From Phoronis australis (lineage: Eukaryota; Animalia; Phoronida): a DNA stretch of 64,000 nt. A program made the translations under genes and the position numbers. Positions 1 to 14,700 of the stretch are shown piece by piece. Numbering within the stretch: the first letter of the stretch is position 1; each line of letters opens with the position of its first letter. The stretch lies in assembly GCA_002633005.1 (NCBI GenBank), contig NMRA01000210.1, positions 628,883-692,882 on the forward strand, read 5' to 3'. The notes beneath the pieces are model-generated. The model saw only the letters and a program-made list of their open reading frames with translations, was not told where the DNA came from and ran no database searches.

Positions 1-848
1 CGGCTCATCTGGAGTTTGATCCCCAGTGTCAACAGTGCTGTTTTGCCACCGGGTTAGGTGCGTTAGTCGAGTTTAGGGGCGCGGGTATGGAATCTGTTCC
101 TCAAACGTGGGACTGTTTCTTGGAGAATCTACTGTTTTTGACTGTTAAAAATCTGCAGCTGAGCCTGTTGCACGAAATTAGACTAAGTCTGAACGTACGT
201 AAGAAAATCTGCCAACATACAGAAATCCATATCCTGCTCATGCGCAGATGATAAAAGTCAAATCCAAACGACTATTGGATTTACACTTGTCGAGAAACAG
301 GCCCCTGGTGTTTGTTGATCCAGGAGTTGGATTTAATGTACCCAAACTTGAATTCAGAGGCTCGCCCATGGAATCGTTTCCATCCCGTTACAATATTTTC
401 CAGCAATTCACACGAAGATTAAAAATTAAAAGGAACTGATTCTCGAGTACGTAAGATCAGTTGAATAGAAAGACCTCTAATGGAAAAATGAAGTCAGAGA
501 GTGCATGAAATACTGTGTTGGAATTACAGGGGGGAGAAGGAATAACAGTGACTCGTGTAGATCATGATCCCGTTGAGACCAAAAACGCTTGGGCGTTAAT
601 TTTTACAACTGACGCTTTAGTTACGCCTTCTAATTGAGGCGACAAATTGTGAGGTCCTATTCAGTGTGGCTGGTAGGCTGAAATGCCCCGTGGGGACTGG
701 TAAGGGGGAATCCTAATACTTCTCTTGCATGCCTCGTGTGTATTTTACCTTTGGTCTCTCTACTCACCACCTGGTGAAGTGCTATGATGTTCTGATTTTA
801 TTTGTTTTTTATCTTTATTGACATTACTGGAGAAAGATTTTCTTTTAG

Positions 849-1358
849 CCGGCGCCTCAGCAAACACCAGGCAAGATTCACCGGCCACAATCTCATCACA
901 AAACGAATCGAATAATGCTACAGACACCTCACAGAGGAGAGGAAGACCCAAGACGTCGCTTCCAGACTCGGTACAAAGTTCTACGTCAGAGTCCGTGAGC
1001 TCAAGCGCCAGTACCTATAGAAGCGACGTGACGGTTTCATCTGGGTCATCTGGGTCATCTTCGTTTGTTCGGCATTCGCCTTCTTCTTCCTCCTCCGCAA
1101 TATTCGCCAAGCCGCTGTCGCAACATAACCCATTGAATTCAAACTTTAGAGATCACGCGCTCTCACATGTGTTTGGAATGAGGCAGTTTCGCCATTTTCT
1201 GTCAAAAACAAAAGGTCAAACGAGTTTGATGTTCTGGTTACGTGTTGAGAAACTGTTACGCATGCCTGACTCAGAAGAGAAATGGGACCACTTCCGTGAG
1301 ATCCAGCTGGTGTATCTCAACGGCAATGTGAAGTGGAACCGTACCAAATTTAGTGATG
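849..1358 (+). CDS. RGS22-like gene, exon a (Ser-rich linker + start of RGS-like domain)
   Basis: ttttag|CC acceptor, GATG|gtaagt donor; encodes [23 protein letters not shown]. Confidence 0.85.
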
Positions 1359-2719
1359 GTAAGTGTGTACGCAAATGAAATTCTATGTCTGGATATCTGC
1401 CGTAACGCAAGACACTAGCGGGACAGTCGTGACGAAAATATATGCGCCGTTGTGTTCATTAAGGGTTTTTCCCCGGATCTCGTCTCGTATTCCGGTTTCT
1501 GTCGATTCGACTTGTTCGTCAATAAACGCTAGCAAACTTTGTTTTATTTAACTTACTGTCGATGTCTCATGTACGGAATTCCATCCTCGTCGTACAATGA
1601 CTTCAATGTAAGCTAGCATTGCGAGATATTGCCTAAGTTCGCACCAACCTGGCAAGAAACTCGTAAAACGATAAGTTTAGGTCAATGACGCCCTACACTG
1701 GCAAGGACATAATCAAGTTTTTCCTAGAAAGGGGCATATATGGTAAGTAATGAAGTGTTCAGATTGTAAAATCTCAGGTACAGAGTATTGAAGTGCAAAA
1801 TATTTTGAAAAATGTCGAAGACTGGCTATTATTTTTACGTGATGCCCTAGCCATCCCAGGCATTTGGAAATGGTCCCATTGAGGTGCCAAATGTAGATCT
1901 AGCAGATTGTTTGACAATGATTTTATTTTATTCGTTCAAAGTACTATGTGTTTTCAATGTATAGACCAACTTTCATTCTCTTACTCATAGCAGTGGGTGC
2001 AGATGATATATATAGAACATTGCAAAAATAGGTTGATAGCCGCGGTTTTCGATGGGTTATGTCGTAGAATTTTAAGTGCTGGTGGTAAATGACCGATTTT
2101 TTATTCAGCAAACTTTGCCCACCCCAAAATTTTAATATTTTGGCAGTGCAAATTGGCCGCGGCCGCAGCCTAACTATTCAGTGCCACCTAAGTAAAACGG
2201 AAACGATCACCACCAATGACAACTGGCGGCAGAATCATATATGTACTCGTAGTCTAGACAAAACCTTTGAGCCGTTTCTGCCTTCTCAGTGTTTCAAGAA
2301 AAGCAATGCCAACCCGTTGCGAGGTCCGTCGATGGCGGCACCGACGTCGATGCTGCCGAGTGACTGACCGCCGTACAAAAGAATGCTCGACTCGAACTCA
2401 TGCTTGGACAAGTAGCTAACTACTGCCCCGTTATTTCCCGGAACTCGCTAGTCAAGAACTTGGTGTCTCTGGTTGTCATCTGGCAAAAAATCAGTTAGCA
2501 CTTTGGCTTTGCCTCGATCGATGCTCATTTTTTAGACCATTGCAATATCCGCCTGCAATCCGACGAGCGTTCCAAGGACCTCTATCAACGCTTTCCTGCC
2601 TTTTTCGAGGAGAATCTCCTCTCACCCGACTGTGGCCTTGCCCACCATGGAGCCGCCGTGGATTATGAGGAGGACTTGACCCCGACGCTGGAAAATGTCA
2701 TTATATACACACACACGCA

Positions 2720-2751
<32 letters not shown>

Positions 2752-5700
2752 CATACATATATATGGCTTGGACTTGTCAAGCAAACGTATGGAGCTGAGC
2801 TTCGCAACAACACGCTGGCTTCGATTAAAATAGAAATATCTCTCGCACTAACTTCACTCCTGGAGGAGCTCCGGACTATCGAAGACACCCGTGTGATCTC
2901 ATTGGTGCACCTCCTGGTCGCAGAAGAAAGTTTTATTCTTGCATTCTCTGCAAGACCGCCGGCCGACCATCGTCTTCCCACAACCTTGAAGATTGCAGAT
3001 TCCTACGTGACAGCGATAACCGTCGCATCACCAGATCACGCCGGGTTACGGACTTTGACGAAGATGACGCTGATCTCGACGACGAACCGTCCACTGAAGC
3101 TGCCGACGCCTCCTGTGGCTTTGTGTCACTTGATACACAATCAGCTCGACTATTATGCAGTCTCCTCTCTTGAAAGCCTTCTTCCCGTGCAAGTCACACT
3201 AGGCACTTGTGCTACTTCTAACATGGTGTGCGAGTCTGCCGTATCGTTATACGGTATAACTATTTCCCTCTCTTCGCAGATGACCGGCCAGGCCGGCGGC
3301 CTTACGCCCCTTAAGGTTGTTGGCGAGATCCACTGCTGGCTTACCCGTGGCCCTCACAACTTTCGTCTGGATGTTTTGGTGGTTCGACAGCTTGATGTTG
3401 ACATTCTTGCACGAAATCCCATCATCTCCTACAATGACATTACTGTTCGCCCCCGCTATGCGCCAGATCGTAATTTCTGGTTATGATGTCGTTCCCTACG
3501 GTGTCAGTACTCACAGAGAGACCTTACCCACCGCACGACTTACCCAGTCTTTTCTCTTGCGTTGCCCAGAGCGTTCTGTCGTTCTCCGTGGCCAATATAC
3601 CGAACAACCGACCCCGACTGATGCCCCCCCTAGATACCAATTGGGCGCTCGAACCTAGGTTGGATAACCCTCTTAATAAATTACTTGACCCTAAGCTGGC
3701 TTGGTCACGACGACATGAAATCTCCTCAGTCGCCCACACTGTACTTGTAAAGAACGATACTGATTCACCTCTGTTTATTAAACATGGCGAACACATCTTC
3801 CAGGGGCGACAACTTTAAGACTCGCTACCACTCGCTACCCGCCCCTGTCCCAGGTTCTACTTCATCCACCACTAGCGCCCTGCCTCCAGGCCCCCGTACT
3901 AGAACACCATTTTCTGATTCCATCAGGCTTGACTCTGATTTACTCTTCTCTGACGACATGCGGGCCCGCTTTCAGTCCCTACACGCAGAGTTCGCTGATT
4001 TATTCAACCCTGCCGTTTCTAAGTATAATGGCACTAACGGGAAGACAGAGGCTGTTGTGAATGTTGGACCCACTCTCCCTCCTCAACGGAAAGGCCGACT
4101 TCCCCAATACAACCGCGAGACCCTTGTTGAACTTCAGACATAATTTGATGAGCTCGAGCCCACTGGTGTTTTCTTCAAGCCGGAACAGGTGAATGCCCAT
4201 GTAGAATATCTCAACATCTCCTCCCTTATCAAAAAACCAAGCGGCGGTAGTCGGCTTGTTACCTCGTTTGGAGAGGTTGCCCGCTACTGTAAGCCCCAAC
4301 CGCCCCTCATTCCCAATGTGAACAGTGTCCTACGCGATAGCGGGATGGAAATATCTAATAATATCTGACCTCTTACAGTCCTTCTACCAGATTCCTCTCA
4401 GCCATTCGTCTATGAAATATTGTAGTGTCGCAACTCCATTTAAAGGCATTCGCGTTTACACTCGATCTACAATGGGGATTCCGGGATCAGAGACTTGAGG
4501 AGCTCATGTCCAGAGTTCTGGGTGATTTCATTCACCAAGGTTGGGGCACCAAAATCGCAGATAATCTGTATGTAGGTGGAAGTTCACCTGACCGGGTGCT
4601 CCAACGTTGGAGACTTGTCCTCCGGGCTCTTCGGCGAAACATCCTGCGTCTGTCCGCCAAGAAAACCGTCATCTGCCCTAAGTCAACCACCGTCCTTGGT
4701 TGGAAATGGTCCCAGGGTTCCTTATGGGCCAGTGATCATAAGGTCTCATCTCTCTCCTCAGTTGAGCCTGCCACAACTGTGTTCGGCGTCAGATCATATA
4801 TTGGTGCTTTGAAGATGCTAAGCCGTGTTCTCCCTAGCTATGTCTCTCTTTGTGACCCGCAAACCTTCCTCCCGTTTAGTAGCGCCAGGACCTCGCTAAA
4901 AAGCAAGACTTCGCGAGATTACGTGAGACGTTGCCGTGTATTTCTAATGATAACACGTGACTTCGACTAGATTTTAGCTAGGTCCTAGCGTTACTGAACG
5001 CACACCTTGTTTTATTTCACTTACTGTCGAAGCAAGACTGTCACTCCAAACGCATACTGATATATCGCTGAGAGGGGTTCCTTTAACTGATCTGCTGACG
5101 TCAGCTGAGGCTGATCCCACTCTGACAACTTCTAAAAGGTGGAGTCTGGTCTCAGAGAAATCTTAGCACTGTCTGACGGGAACTCCTAAGAAGATTTGGG
5201 AAAATATAGGAGCGCGTAACATTTTCCCAAAGCTTTCGTCATTGCCATAACATTACACAGCTAGATCTTGACTCCAGGGTTGACGACAAGGCCTGAGGGA
5301 CTGTTACCAGGTTGTCAATAAGCACGAAGTGGCGTTGTGGAAAGAGGATGTGCGAATGCTCACGTTAGTGGACATTTGCCCGAAACTTTCGACACTTGTT
5401 TCGCCCGCTTCCGCTGAAGCGTCGCCACTGGTTCGGTCCGCCAACGCCGGCGTCATCAACCATTCCTCTTTGCCCTCTGGCCTCTTAACAATAGTGCCTT
5501 GCTAGTTCCTACACTTTACCATACGTACCATTTTTCTACACTAAAAAACTTTAGTAGACATTATCCGAATGGGAAAAGGTTCCAAAAAGTACAGCATCAA
5601 CATGAAATATCAGCTTTAATTCCGCTGAGACAAAATCTAGGAATTAGCCTACATGTAAGTTTATCCCTTGGCACATGGGTTCAGAGGTTTGCATAACCAA

Positions 5701-8700
5701 TGATTGCTCAGTCATACCGTGATAATAGACGAATTTATTACTGGTTTTAGCCGTGCGTGGTTCATCAACATTCCTGAACGAGCCAGCTTCGACCACTCTA
5801 GGAATTCCTACAGTCCCTGTCGACTCGACTGTGAACGACATTCTACTAGATCTTCAGGACATTACCATTGACGTGCTGAAGACGTACTGGATACCCCGCT
5901 TCCTGTCCAAACATGGCGCACGAGTTGCCTACGAGGAGTCTAACAGCCTACACTTTGGGGAGCTGAAAGGCATATTGAACATATTTAGTCGAATAACCAA
6001 GTAAGCATGACGTGGCTTTGAATTGTGGGGGCATGCGGAAGGTTTCACGGTAGAAGCCTATTGCTATCGTGGCAACGGAAACTTTGATAAAACCGGATAG
6101 GTGTATTAGAGGGGGAGAAGGGAGAGGTCTAAGTTTAGGTGATAGAATCAGAATCCAGCATCAGAAATATTTATTGCATGTAGGCCTAGGCCTCATAACT
6201 AAGTTTACATTACGGCTTTAAAATGATAAAAGTTCAGCTCTTAGCGCCAGGCTTTGTAGTTCAAAAAATCATGGTTTTGAATAACCGTGGGCTTAGAATG
6301 CCTGACAGCGGTTTTGCAACTAAAATATGGAGTAGTGTGACCACGAATTTTAACACAAGCCTCAACATCATTGTAAATATTACGCAATATTTTATGCATT
6401 TTCCGTGTATACCCTTCGCAAGTAACACAGGAAAAAGGACTGGAAACATCGACGGTGTCAAATGCCTTGATGAAATCAACATATGCACAGTGAACTTTTC
6501 CTTGTCGTTTTGTTAAATAGTTCTGGCTCAAGCCATGTAGAAAATCAGTCATGATCAACCGCGTGCAGGCGACGAATATCCTGTTGAATTGGTGGCCCCC
6601 GAGACGGACAAACTTTACTCAACATGCGACTAAAATGATAAATCAGGGGGCACCCTTTTAGGAAACGTTGTCTTGGGCCCGAAACCTGCCATACATCACT
6701 TTACTCTGACGGAAACATAACGTTTTTGACTTTCCATAGAATATCAATGAAAAATCCGTCTTGCAAAAACACGGAGCTCATCTGCGGTCATTGTTATTTA
6801 GATACAGCAGTTTTGCCATAGTCAGTAACATTGAAGAAATCCGCAATGCCTTGCCAAGAATGTCGGATGAACAAAAGATTCAGTCTTTACCAAAACCTGT
6901 CAAACGAAGAATCTCTAATCAAGAAAAAATGGGCGTCGACTCCAGTATTTTGGCGGATCAAGTGTCATCGTTTTATTCCACTGGTAAGCGAATACAGCAA
7001 TGCCACATGCACAAGTGAAGGGGCATTGTGTGGTAATTTTAAAGATAACTAAACAACACTGACACATGCTTGCAGGGGAGAGATTCTAGCGCGCTCGTTC
7101 GGCACTGGTACTATATTTGTCAATTTCTGTTCGACGATGTCGAAGAAGTTAAAAACACTTTAAAATTCAGTAAAAATATATATTTTTAAAAATACTAATT
7201 TCGAGTCTGAAGAGCCCCACCCATGTATTAATGTTCGAGAGCTACTATTTTACCGGATTTAAAAGTGTTTTTATCTGCATCTAGATTGTCGACACCACGC
7301 TTTATTTATTACATTCGGACTCTAACCTTAGCAGCCTCGTCCCCAAGCCTCAACATGGCGCTGATCGGTTCAGCCATTTGAAGCTTGGTTATGAGAATTA
7401 CCCTCTGCGCAATGATTGGCCGCTGCCTTGACGTCATTGAAACAAAGACAGATTATAATTATTTTCACAGGCGTTGTTGCTGCAATTCATAAAGCAGATG
7501 TCATTCTTTTGGTTTTTGTTTGAAATACAGGTTGTTCGCGTACTTATTTTCAATTCTTTTTATCAATATTATCACAGAAATTATTCCGTTTTCTAATCAA
7601 AATACGTCGTTTTTTCAATAATGTGCTGTAATAGACCGTTGGTTTTCATTTTTATATAAAACTGCAGAAAATTTCAAAGTTATATTGCTCGGGATATTCC
7701 GGTGATTTCCGTAAAATGTGTCAAAATTAGCCTCAAATGGCTAAATCGATCAGTACCATCTGCAAGTCTCAATTAAAATCAAAGGTCTTACGCAACGATC
7801 ATTCTCAATCATTTGTTTGCTTTTTGGTGTGCTGTCAACTTTTGTCATCACGGTCGAATCCCGAAGCATTGGACGGCGTACTCCGTTTTGAGAGTCACAT
7901 GACGTGCAGTATTGAATCCGTTGGCACATGTGTAATTAGGAATCTCCCCCGGGGTCACGAAAATACTTAAGGAGTTTCTGATTGATAAAATTATACGAAA
8001 ATTGACGAGTATTGTATCGAACGGGCTTGGTTGCTAATTGAATTCTGTACATTGACGCAATTCAGAAACATCTTGCTGAAATAGACGCATTCAGTGTACA
8101 TGCGTCTGTTGGAAAACTGAATGTTAGACAGCAGACTTAATTTTCTATGTCTGGTTTTGTTGGGGAGACGAAAATTGGAACGTAACTTTGGCACTTTATT
8201 TCAGATACGGATTAAAATTTAGATATCTATTTTCACTTGGCGAAATGAAATTTCTTTAAAAATTCAATACCTATTGTTTTGGGATAAATGAGACCAAAGA
8301 TGGCACTGTGACAGTCATTGTCGTGTCGCAGGGCTGTAGCTCTGCCCGCGGCCCTTTGAGCTGCAGATTGACATTGCCACGCGCTATCTACAGTGTGTCG
8401 TCTGCTTTCCCTACGACTTATCGTTCTCGAGGTATTTGAGCTTTTCCCATAACGTTAATTTCCTCCCATTGATTGATTTCTCTTGCCGTAATTCCACCGT
8501 CCCGAAACAGGTCTTTCTAAAACTCTGGACGGTGGACAGATCTCGTCAAGCGCTATCAGGTACATGCCATACGTTTTTCGCTTTGACTTGATATTCTCGA
8601 GTTATTCGAGATTTACCGATCAAATGACTTTTTTATTGGCCAATTCTTCGTTACTCTTTTGACGGTCTAATTTACGCTTGCAACATGTCGCATGTTTCGT

Positions 8701-11700
8701 CCGATCGACAAGAAATTAACACACAACACACATCTCGTGAAAAGCTTGATGTTTGCTATTTTGGGGCGAAAAGGAAGGCAAGATGGCGCTGCGGAGACCA
8801 GTTTTCAAATACTCGTTTGCGTCCTTCCCATGGAACTCGAAAGCTCGTCACAAATATCTTTTAAACAATTCCTGACGAAAATACCATCTTGCAACGTCTA
8901 GTCGAGAGTAATTCACTTTCCCCTGTGAGGAAATTTCAAGAAAAAAATCTTAAAATTCACAATTTTTCAACTACGCGCGAAGGACAAACTCTGTGGTTAC
9001 CACAGAGTTTATAATCTCCCTCCCACTTATAAATGCGCTCATAGTCAGTTGCTTGAAGTAATTAGAGGTCACAGGCCACATTTTTCATATAAGGGTACTG
9101 TGCTACGTCTATGTTTTGCCATACCAAATAAGGAGACGTGTTTTGCCTTGTGGGAGAAATATCGCCGTAATGAAAATTGTTTGATATGAACAGAAATTAA
9201 AACTCTTTACGAACAAACCTTAGAAATACCTGGCGAGGAGGTTGAATTCTATTTCAGTGGCAGAGAACCACTTTCAGTATTGCAACTGAGTTTGTTTATT
9301 GCGCTCCAGGCCTCTTTAAGGGAATCAGCTATGTTGCAAAACACAGATAGACAGAGCAGACGATGATGTTACATGTGGTCTCGAAATATAGCTAATGTTG
9401 TAACTTGTTTGTCTGTTATATCTCTCGGTGTTTTGTAACATAACTGCACGCTTGGAGATAGGAGATTGTTTAGAGATTACGAGAGAGTCAAAGAAAAAGT
9501 ACAGCCTGTTTTTAATCAAGTTTGTGTAAATGAAGGGCTATACTATACTAATGTGTTGGTCTGTATTATTTGGTAAATTTCCGTTACTAGAAGAGTCTTT
9601 GCAGTTTCGTTTGTCTTAACTGACCTTCACATTGTAAACTTTTTGAAGAACATCTCAACAATTTTCCGTGCACATGCCTCACGGGCATTCAGCTACTTTT
9701 TGTTAATCTTTAGACGTGAGTTTCGTCGAAAGCAAGAAGACACTGTCAACTATCGTCTTGACTCCTGAAATATCTGGAGGTTTGTGGTATTTTCCTGGCC
9801 AGTTGCAGCACTGGTGTTTTCTTTATGTTGCTTCTTTATGTTTGCTTTATTTGTTTGCTTCATATTTTTATAGGAAGTGTACATTTGTTGGATTTGATTA
9901 GGCTTTGAATTTGGCATTGAATTTTGTTCCCATGGCGACATTTCAGAAAAAATGTCAAACAAGATAATAGCTTAAAGTGCAGAAAATCACCATATTCGAT
10001 TGTGGAACGAGATTTGGGAACGAGCACACAGAGATTCCGGAAGCATATATAAAGTAATTTCAGGCGATCGGGTACACGTTGTACCAGACGTACGTAAGCC
10101 AATCGGGTGGGCCCAGTGCACTGATCACCTGGAGCTATGTTAATGCTTTATTAATAAAATCGAGCCGAAGCGCTAGAGACCTCACTCAAGGGTCTAGCAG
10201 TTTTCCCCACTGGGACTCGAACCCACTACCTTGAGTAAAGGAAGCGGCATCTACCACACTAGGCCGCACTGCCTCCTCCTAGAAGCATAACTCGTGGACA
10301 CATGACAGCGTTTTCCCGTTCAGTGACTTTACCAGACGGTTCTGAGCGTGTGATGACATCTAGCTTCTTTGTTAACTGCCAAGCACACTCTTTTGTCTGT
10401 TATGGCAACAAGCAGGCCACTTATCTACCAGGCTTATTACAGACCACTTGTGAACACAGTTAAACTCAGTGATTTGTTGTATTCGGAAATAATAGATTGT
10501 CGTAACTTCGGTTGCAGTTGGGCGATTTTGGCGATTCAAAAACTAAACATGATCACCATTTGACGAAGAGTTCAGAAATGTTATTAGTTTATGTTCAAAT
10601 ATGTTGTAATTTAACTTTTATTTTTAACAGCACAGCCCACTCAGGGTAGATACGATCTTATTGGAGATTAGAGCAATTATCGAAAAAAGAGAACTGGCCC
10701 TCCAACCATAAATGTCAGAATAGAGTTAATCAGTGGAGTAAGATATTGCCTACAGGGGTAAACTTCCCAACTTGTTGTTGGGCTATAGAATCGAACAAGT
10801 TGGGAGCAACGGGAAAACGCCGTAATGAGCTAATTGACTTATCGCCAGAATTTTGAGTTACAGCTTTACTGACCAATCAGAATGCAGCATTATTGACGCA
10901 CCTTCGTTTCCAAGCCGCCATTTTACCCGACAAACAACATGTTGCCGGGTAAAACCTATTGTTTGTTGGTCGACATTTTGCAAGGGGGGGAGCTTGCGGT
11001 AGGTTAATTAGTCACTGGCTTACTGTTTCGAGCGACTTAGTGGTGCGAACGACCAACAATGGACGCCTTAAACTTTTCTTTGTCTGTGTGTGGTTGATGA
11101 AACGTTGCTATAACTATTTTAGCTTTTTTCAAACCGACTAATATTTTGACAGTAGGGATGTCATGCTCTGTGTCTGTAGCATTGCGACAACACGGGTTGA
11201 TTCCAAAAGCAAAGACTTTTTCGCCTCACAAGGCGTGGCTGTAATCAGGTCAACGCCATCGCCTTGACCGTGAATTTAAGTTCGAATAACTTTCAACACC
11301 GCAAAGTACCTATTTACGACTGAAATTAGTGATTGGTGGATTTTTTAGATGGCCCAGACGAAAAGAACGCAGGTGATGCTAGAAAGCGAACTGGTTCACC
11401 CTTGACCTCTCCACCAAACAAAGGGTCCCGGTTAGCTCCTCAATGTTTTGCAGACCACAATGTCCGAACACAAGGACACTTTTCGGATATGACAGTGGTG
11501 GTGGAACGTGACCCCATCCGCATACCCAAGTTTTCAGACGAGTTTAAGAGAGCGCATAAACTGATGGAAGAACTTCAACTGTCTCTACGTGTCGTTCCGT
11601 CGCCAATACCGAAAACGTCACTAAGCAATGTCAAACACAAGGATTTGCCGTACAATGACTGTAAAACAGTTGATAATCATTTCAAGCAGTATTGGGACGG

Positions 11701-14700
11701 ACCGAAGCTTGAAGGCAATGTAGTGGGTAGAACGGAAGTTATTGAAAAAGTTGATGAATTTAGACTGAAGCAAAAGTTATTTCGACAATCCATCTGTGCT
11801 GATTTATTTGCCGGTGGGCCATTAACAAACTTTGTGTCAAAAGGAGATGTAAAACCAATACTAGGCAATTACCTAAGTTTTAGTCAAGATCTCATTTCGT
11901 ACATAGCAACGAGTTACTGGATAACTGACGATGGAGTATGTTCTCAGATTCTTTTAAGAAGAGGCTTGCGAATCGTTGGCAAATACTTATCAAATGAAAC
12001 CCACAAAATGCACATTGCGATGCCACAGAGAACAAGTACCTTGCTCACATCTATTTTAAAGACTGTCACGCCATCTGACGAAGAAACGTTGCTACTGAAG
12101 TTGGCCCAAGACATGGTTTGCCAGGTAAGCACATGGAGTCAATGTAGTAATTCTTTGAAATGCCGGTACTGTGACCACTCAAAGCTAAATCGTGCTGTAT
12201 AAATCCACCTTCTGTGAAATAATATTCTTTTGATTTAGGTCACTTTATTGTTCCCAACTGACTGTTCTCATCTCGTTTCTTTCCCAGTGTACCGGTACGT
12301 ATAGCTGCTGGCTAGGGAAGGTGAGGGTAGGGTTTCCTAGAGGCAATAATCTCTTTAAGGGAGCTAGTGTGATCACGTGATTACCATGTAATACATGGCG
12401 ATATTTCGCGAAGTCTTGAGTGTACTTGCATTTTCTCAAGATTCTCGCCTTTACGAAACGCACGCCTGATTGCCAGTACGTAACCCACCGGGTCAAGGCA
12501 ACGTATTGAGCAGTTAAACAAACTATCAGGTCTTCACAAGCCAGAAGTTTCTTCTAATCTGAGCAAGGACGCCATTATTAAAATAAATGGACTAAACTAA
12601 AGGTTAAATTTTTGTAGATGAGCTTATGAAATCTTTAAAAAGCTTAACGACAGTTGGGTGGTGCTTAGACCTCGTCTAGCTACAAACGTCGAGATCTAAT
12701 TCAAACTCGTTACTGTGCCTAGCCTTAACAAATGCAATTGTTGGTACTTTAGCCACGGTCAACCAACTGACTGGCATAGAGTAGTTGCAAACTTACCCTC
12801 TGACACAGCACCATCTACACTGAAAATGGCCCCGGGGAAACATGATGAACTCCGACAAACGGAATTCTGTGTTTGGGCATCAGTATGCATGCCTTAATTG
12901 ATCGGATGTTTACAGATCAGTCGCCACCACTTGCACACGCCTTTATGCACTGTACTTGTTTGGGCTTAAGCCACTGGATCGGGGTTCCTTGATTTTGTTT
13001 ACTTAAATTGCAACTATTCAAGACAAAGGTCGTTGTCGTTGCAAAAGTAAAATGAAAGGGGTTTTCCAGATTTCAACCAATGGGAATGGCTGAATGTTAT
13101 GGCGTCGGTTTCATTACTTTAAAGTCCTTCTTGCAAACTGCCCATGTGGTTCCAGTATCCGAAAATACTTACTACAAAGATTCTTATTTTCGACACCCTT
13201 TCTTTATATTCTTTTAGCCTTTCTTGCCAAGAGCGATTTTTTAACAGTATTTGACCCTTCTCTCTGAGCGTATGATTACCGGTTGTCATCGGTTATTTCC
13301 GTACCCGCATTTCCGGCTCATCAGTTCAGGAACTTGTCCTGAACGCCGCCATTTTTTCCTTGTAACTGAATGTGCTATGGCTTGCTCGAAAAGTCTTCAT
13401 TATTTTGTTTTATTAGTAATATATCGTGATTCGTTTGCATATGTAGTGTATTTATAGTTTGTAGTTAGTGGTCGTTGATTTTTTTCAAATGTTACGCGTA
13501 CTTAGTATGTTAAAATAGCATTGGTGTTTAGTTCCTTACGTAGGCGGGTCGAACCTAGGAACCAATATGGGTCGAACCAATTTTTTTTGGGTTTTATTTT
13601 TTTCCTCGTTTTGAAAAAGTACTTTGCTATCATCGGAAAGGTAGTACATTCTACTCAGTAAAAATCGAAAAAGTATCAAAATCGGGGCAAGCACTGTAAA
13701 GTTATTGCAAGTTTTGTGGCGAAATTTGGGTCACTTTGTTTGGATCGCGTCGGCCATATTGGAGGACAGCGGGATGAGTTACGAGTTTAAAACTTTGTGT
13801 AAATTGTTTTCGCCAACAAATTACGGTGAAATTTAGTTAGACATATCTTTACTTACTATTCTGCACGATTTAGCAGTGTTCACCAAATTTCAGCCTCGCA
13901 GTTGTTACTCATTAAGTGATAAATGTGCTCACAATTCCCGTTGGACTTCGTCTCATTTCTGGCGGCACCTACAATGTCGACTTTTGCTGAACTGAAAGGC
14001 ATGTTCAATCGGCTACTTTGTAATTTGTGAAGATTTAACGTTGATACATTTTGACAAACGTTGCTACAAAAAAGAAACTTTGTTCAATTTTCGTGTTTTT
14101 TGTGTTTGTGGCCAGCGACCAGTTAGGCCTAAGGGTAGTCTTGGCGCAAAGCTGTCTAGGCCTACTAACAAGCTGTATTTTGACTATAGTCTTCACTGGT
14201 AGCTGGTGACTGAGGCTAACTAAGGTCTGCCGCGGCAGTGTGACACAGGACTAACCAGCCCGTAATTTCATGCAAGTGTCTGAAACTACCCTTGAATATA
14301 TGCAGCATTTATCATTTGACCATTTTTACTTCGACAAAACAGCTTGCAACCGCATGCATTTACCGTTCGCTAGTGTCTGGTCTCGATCCGCACCGGGTCC
14401 GATAGGCTGCGGTCCCGAGTCTGGCAAAATAGTTCACTGTCAAAATTTATTCGCCACATTTCTTCAGCAAATTCCATAAAATTGTCCGTAGTTTGATTTT
14501 ATCAAACTTAAGGCGCGCTGTCGATTTTTTTTATCCCCGTTTGCTGGCTGGTAACAGTACAGGCACTGCTCCAGCAGTCGCACTGACGGCGTTTTTTCGG
14601 CCTGGGTTCCTGAATGAATTGTACTTCCGGGTTCGCGGCAAGTTCAAAATGGCGGTGTTTCTTCGGGTGCGAATCGTGAGTGGCGCGTTCATTTAAACTG

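Noticed and set aside
2695-3486. 263-aa ORF as a host gene
   Set aside because: It is a frameshift mosaic of Gypsy gag/protease and a microsatellite.
6740-6801. Alternative acceptor ttccatag at 6739 for exon c
   Set aside because: It needs phase 0, but the previous exon ends in phase 2; the acceptor at 6801 fits.
10200-10273. Possible tRNA gene (also 20436-20504 and about 20898-20945)
   Set aside because: A/B boxes are present but I cannot build a proper cloverleaf or acceptor stem; better explained as SINE heads.
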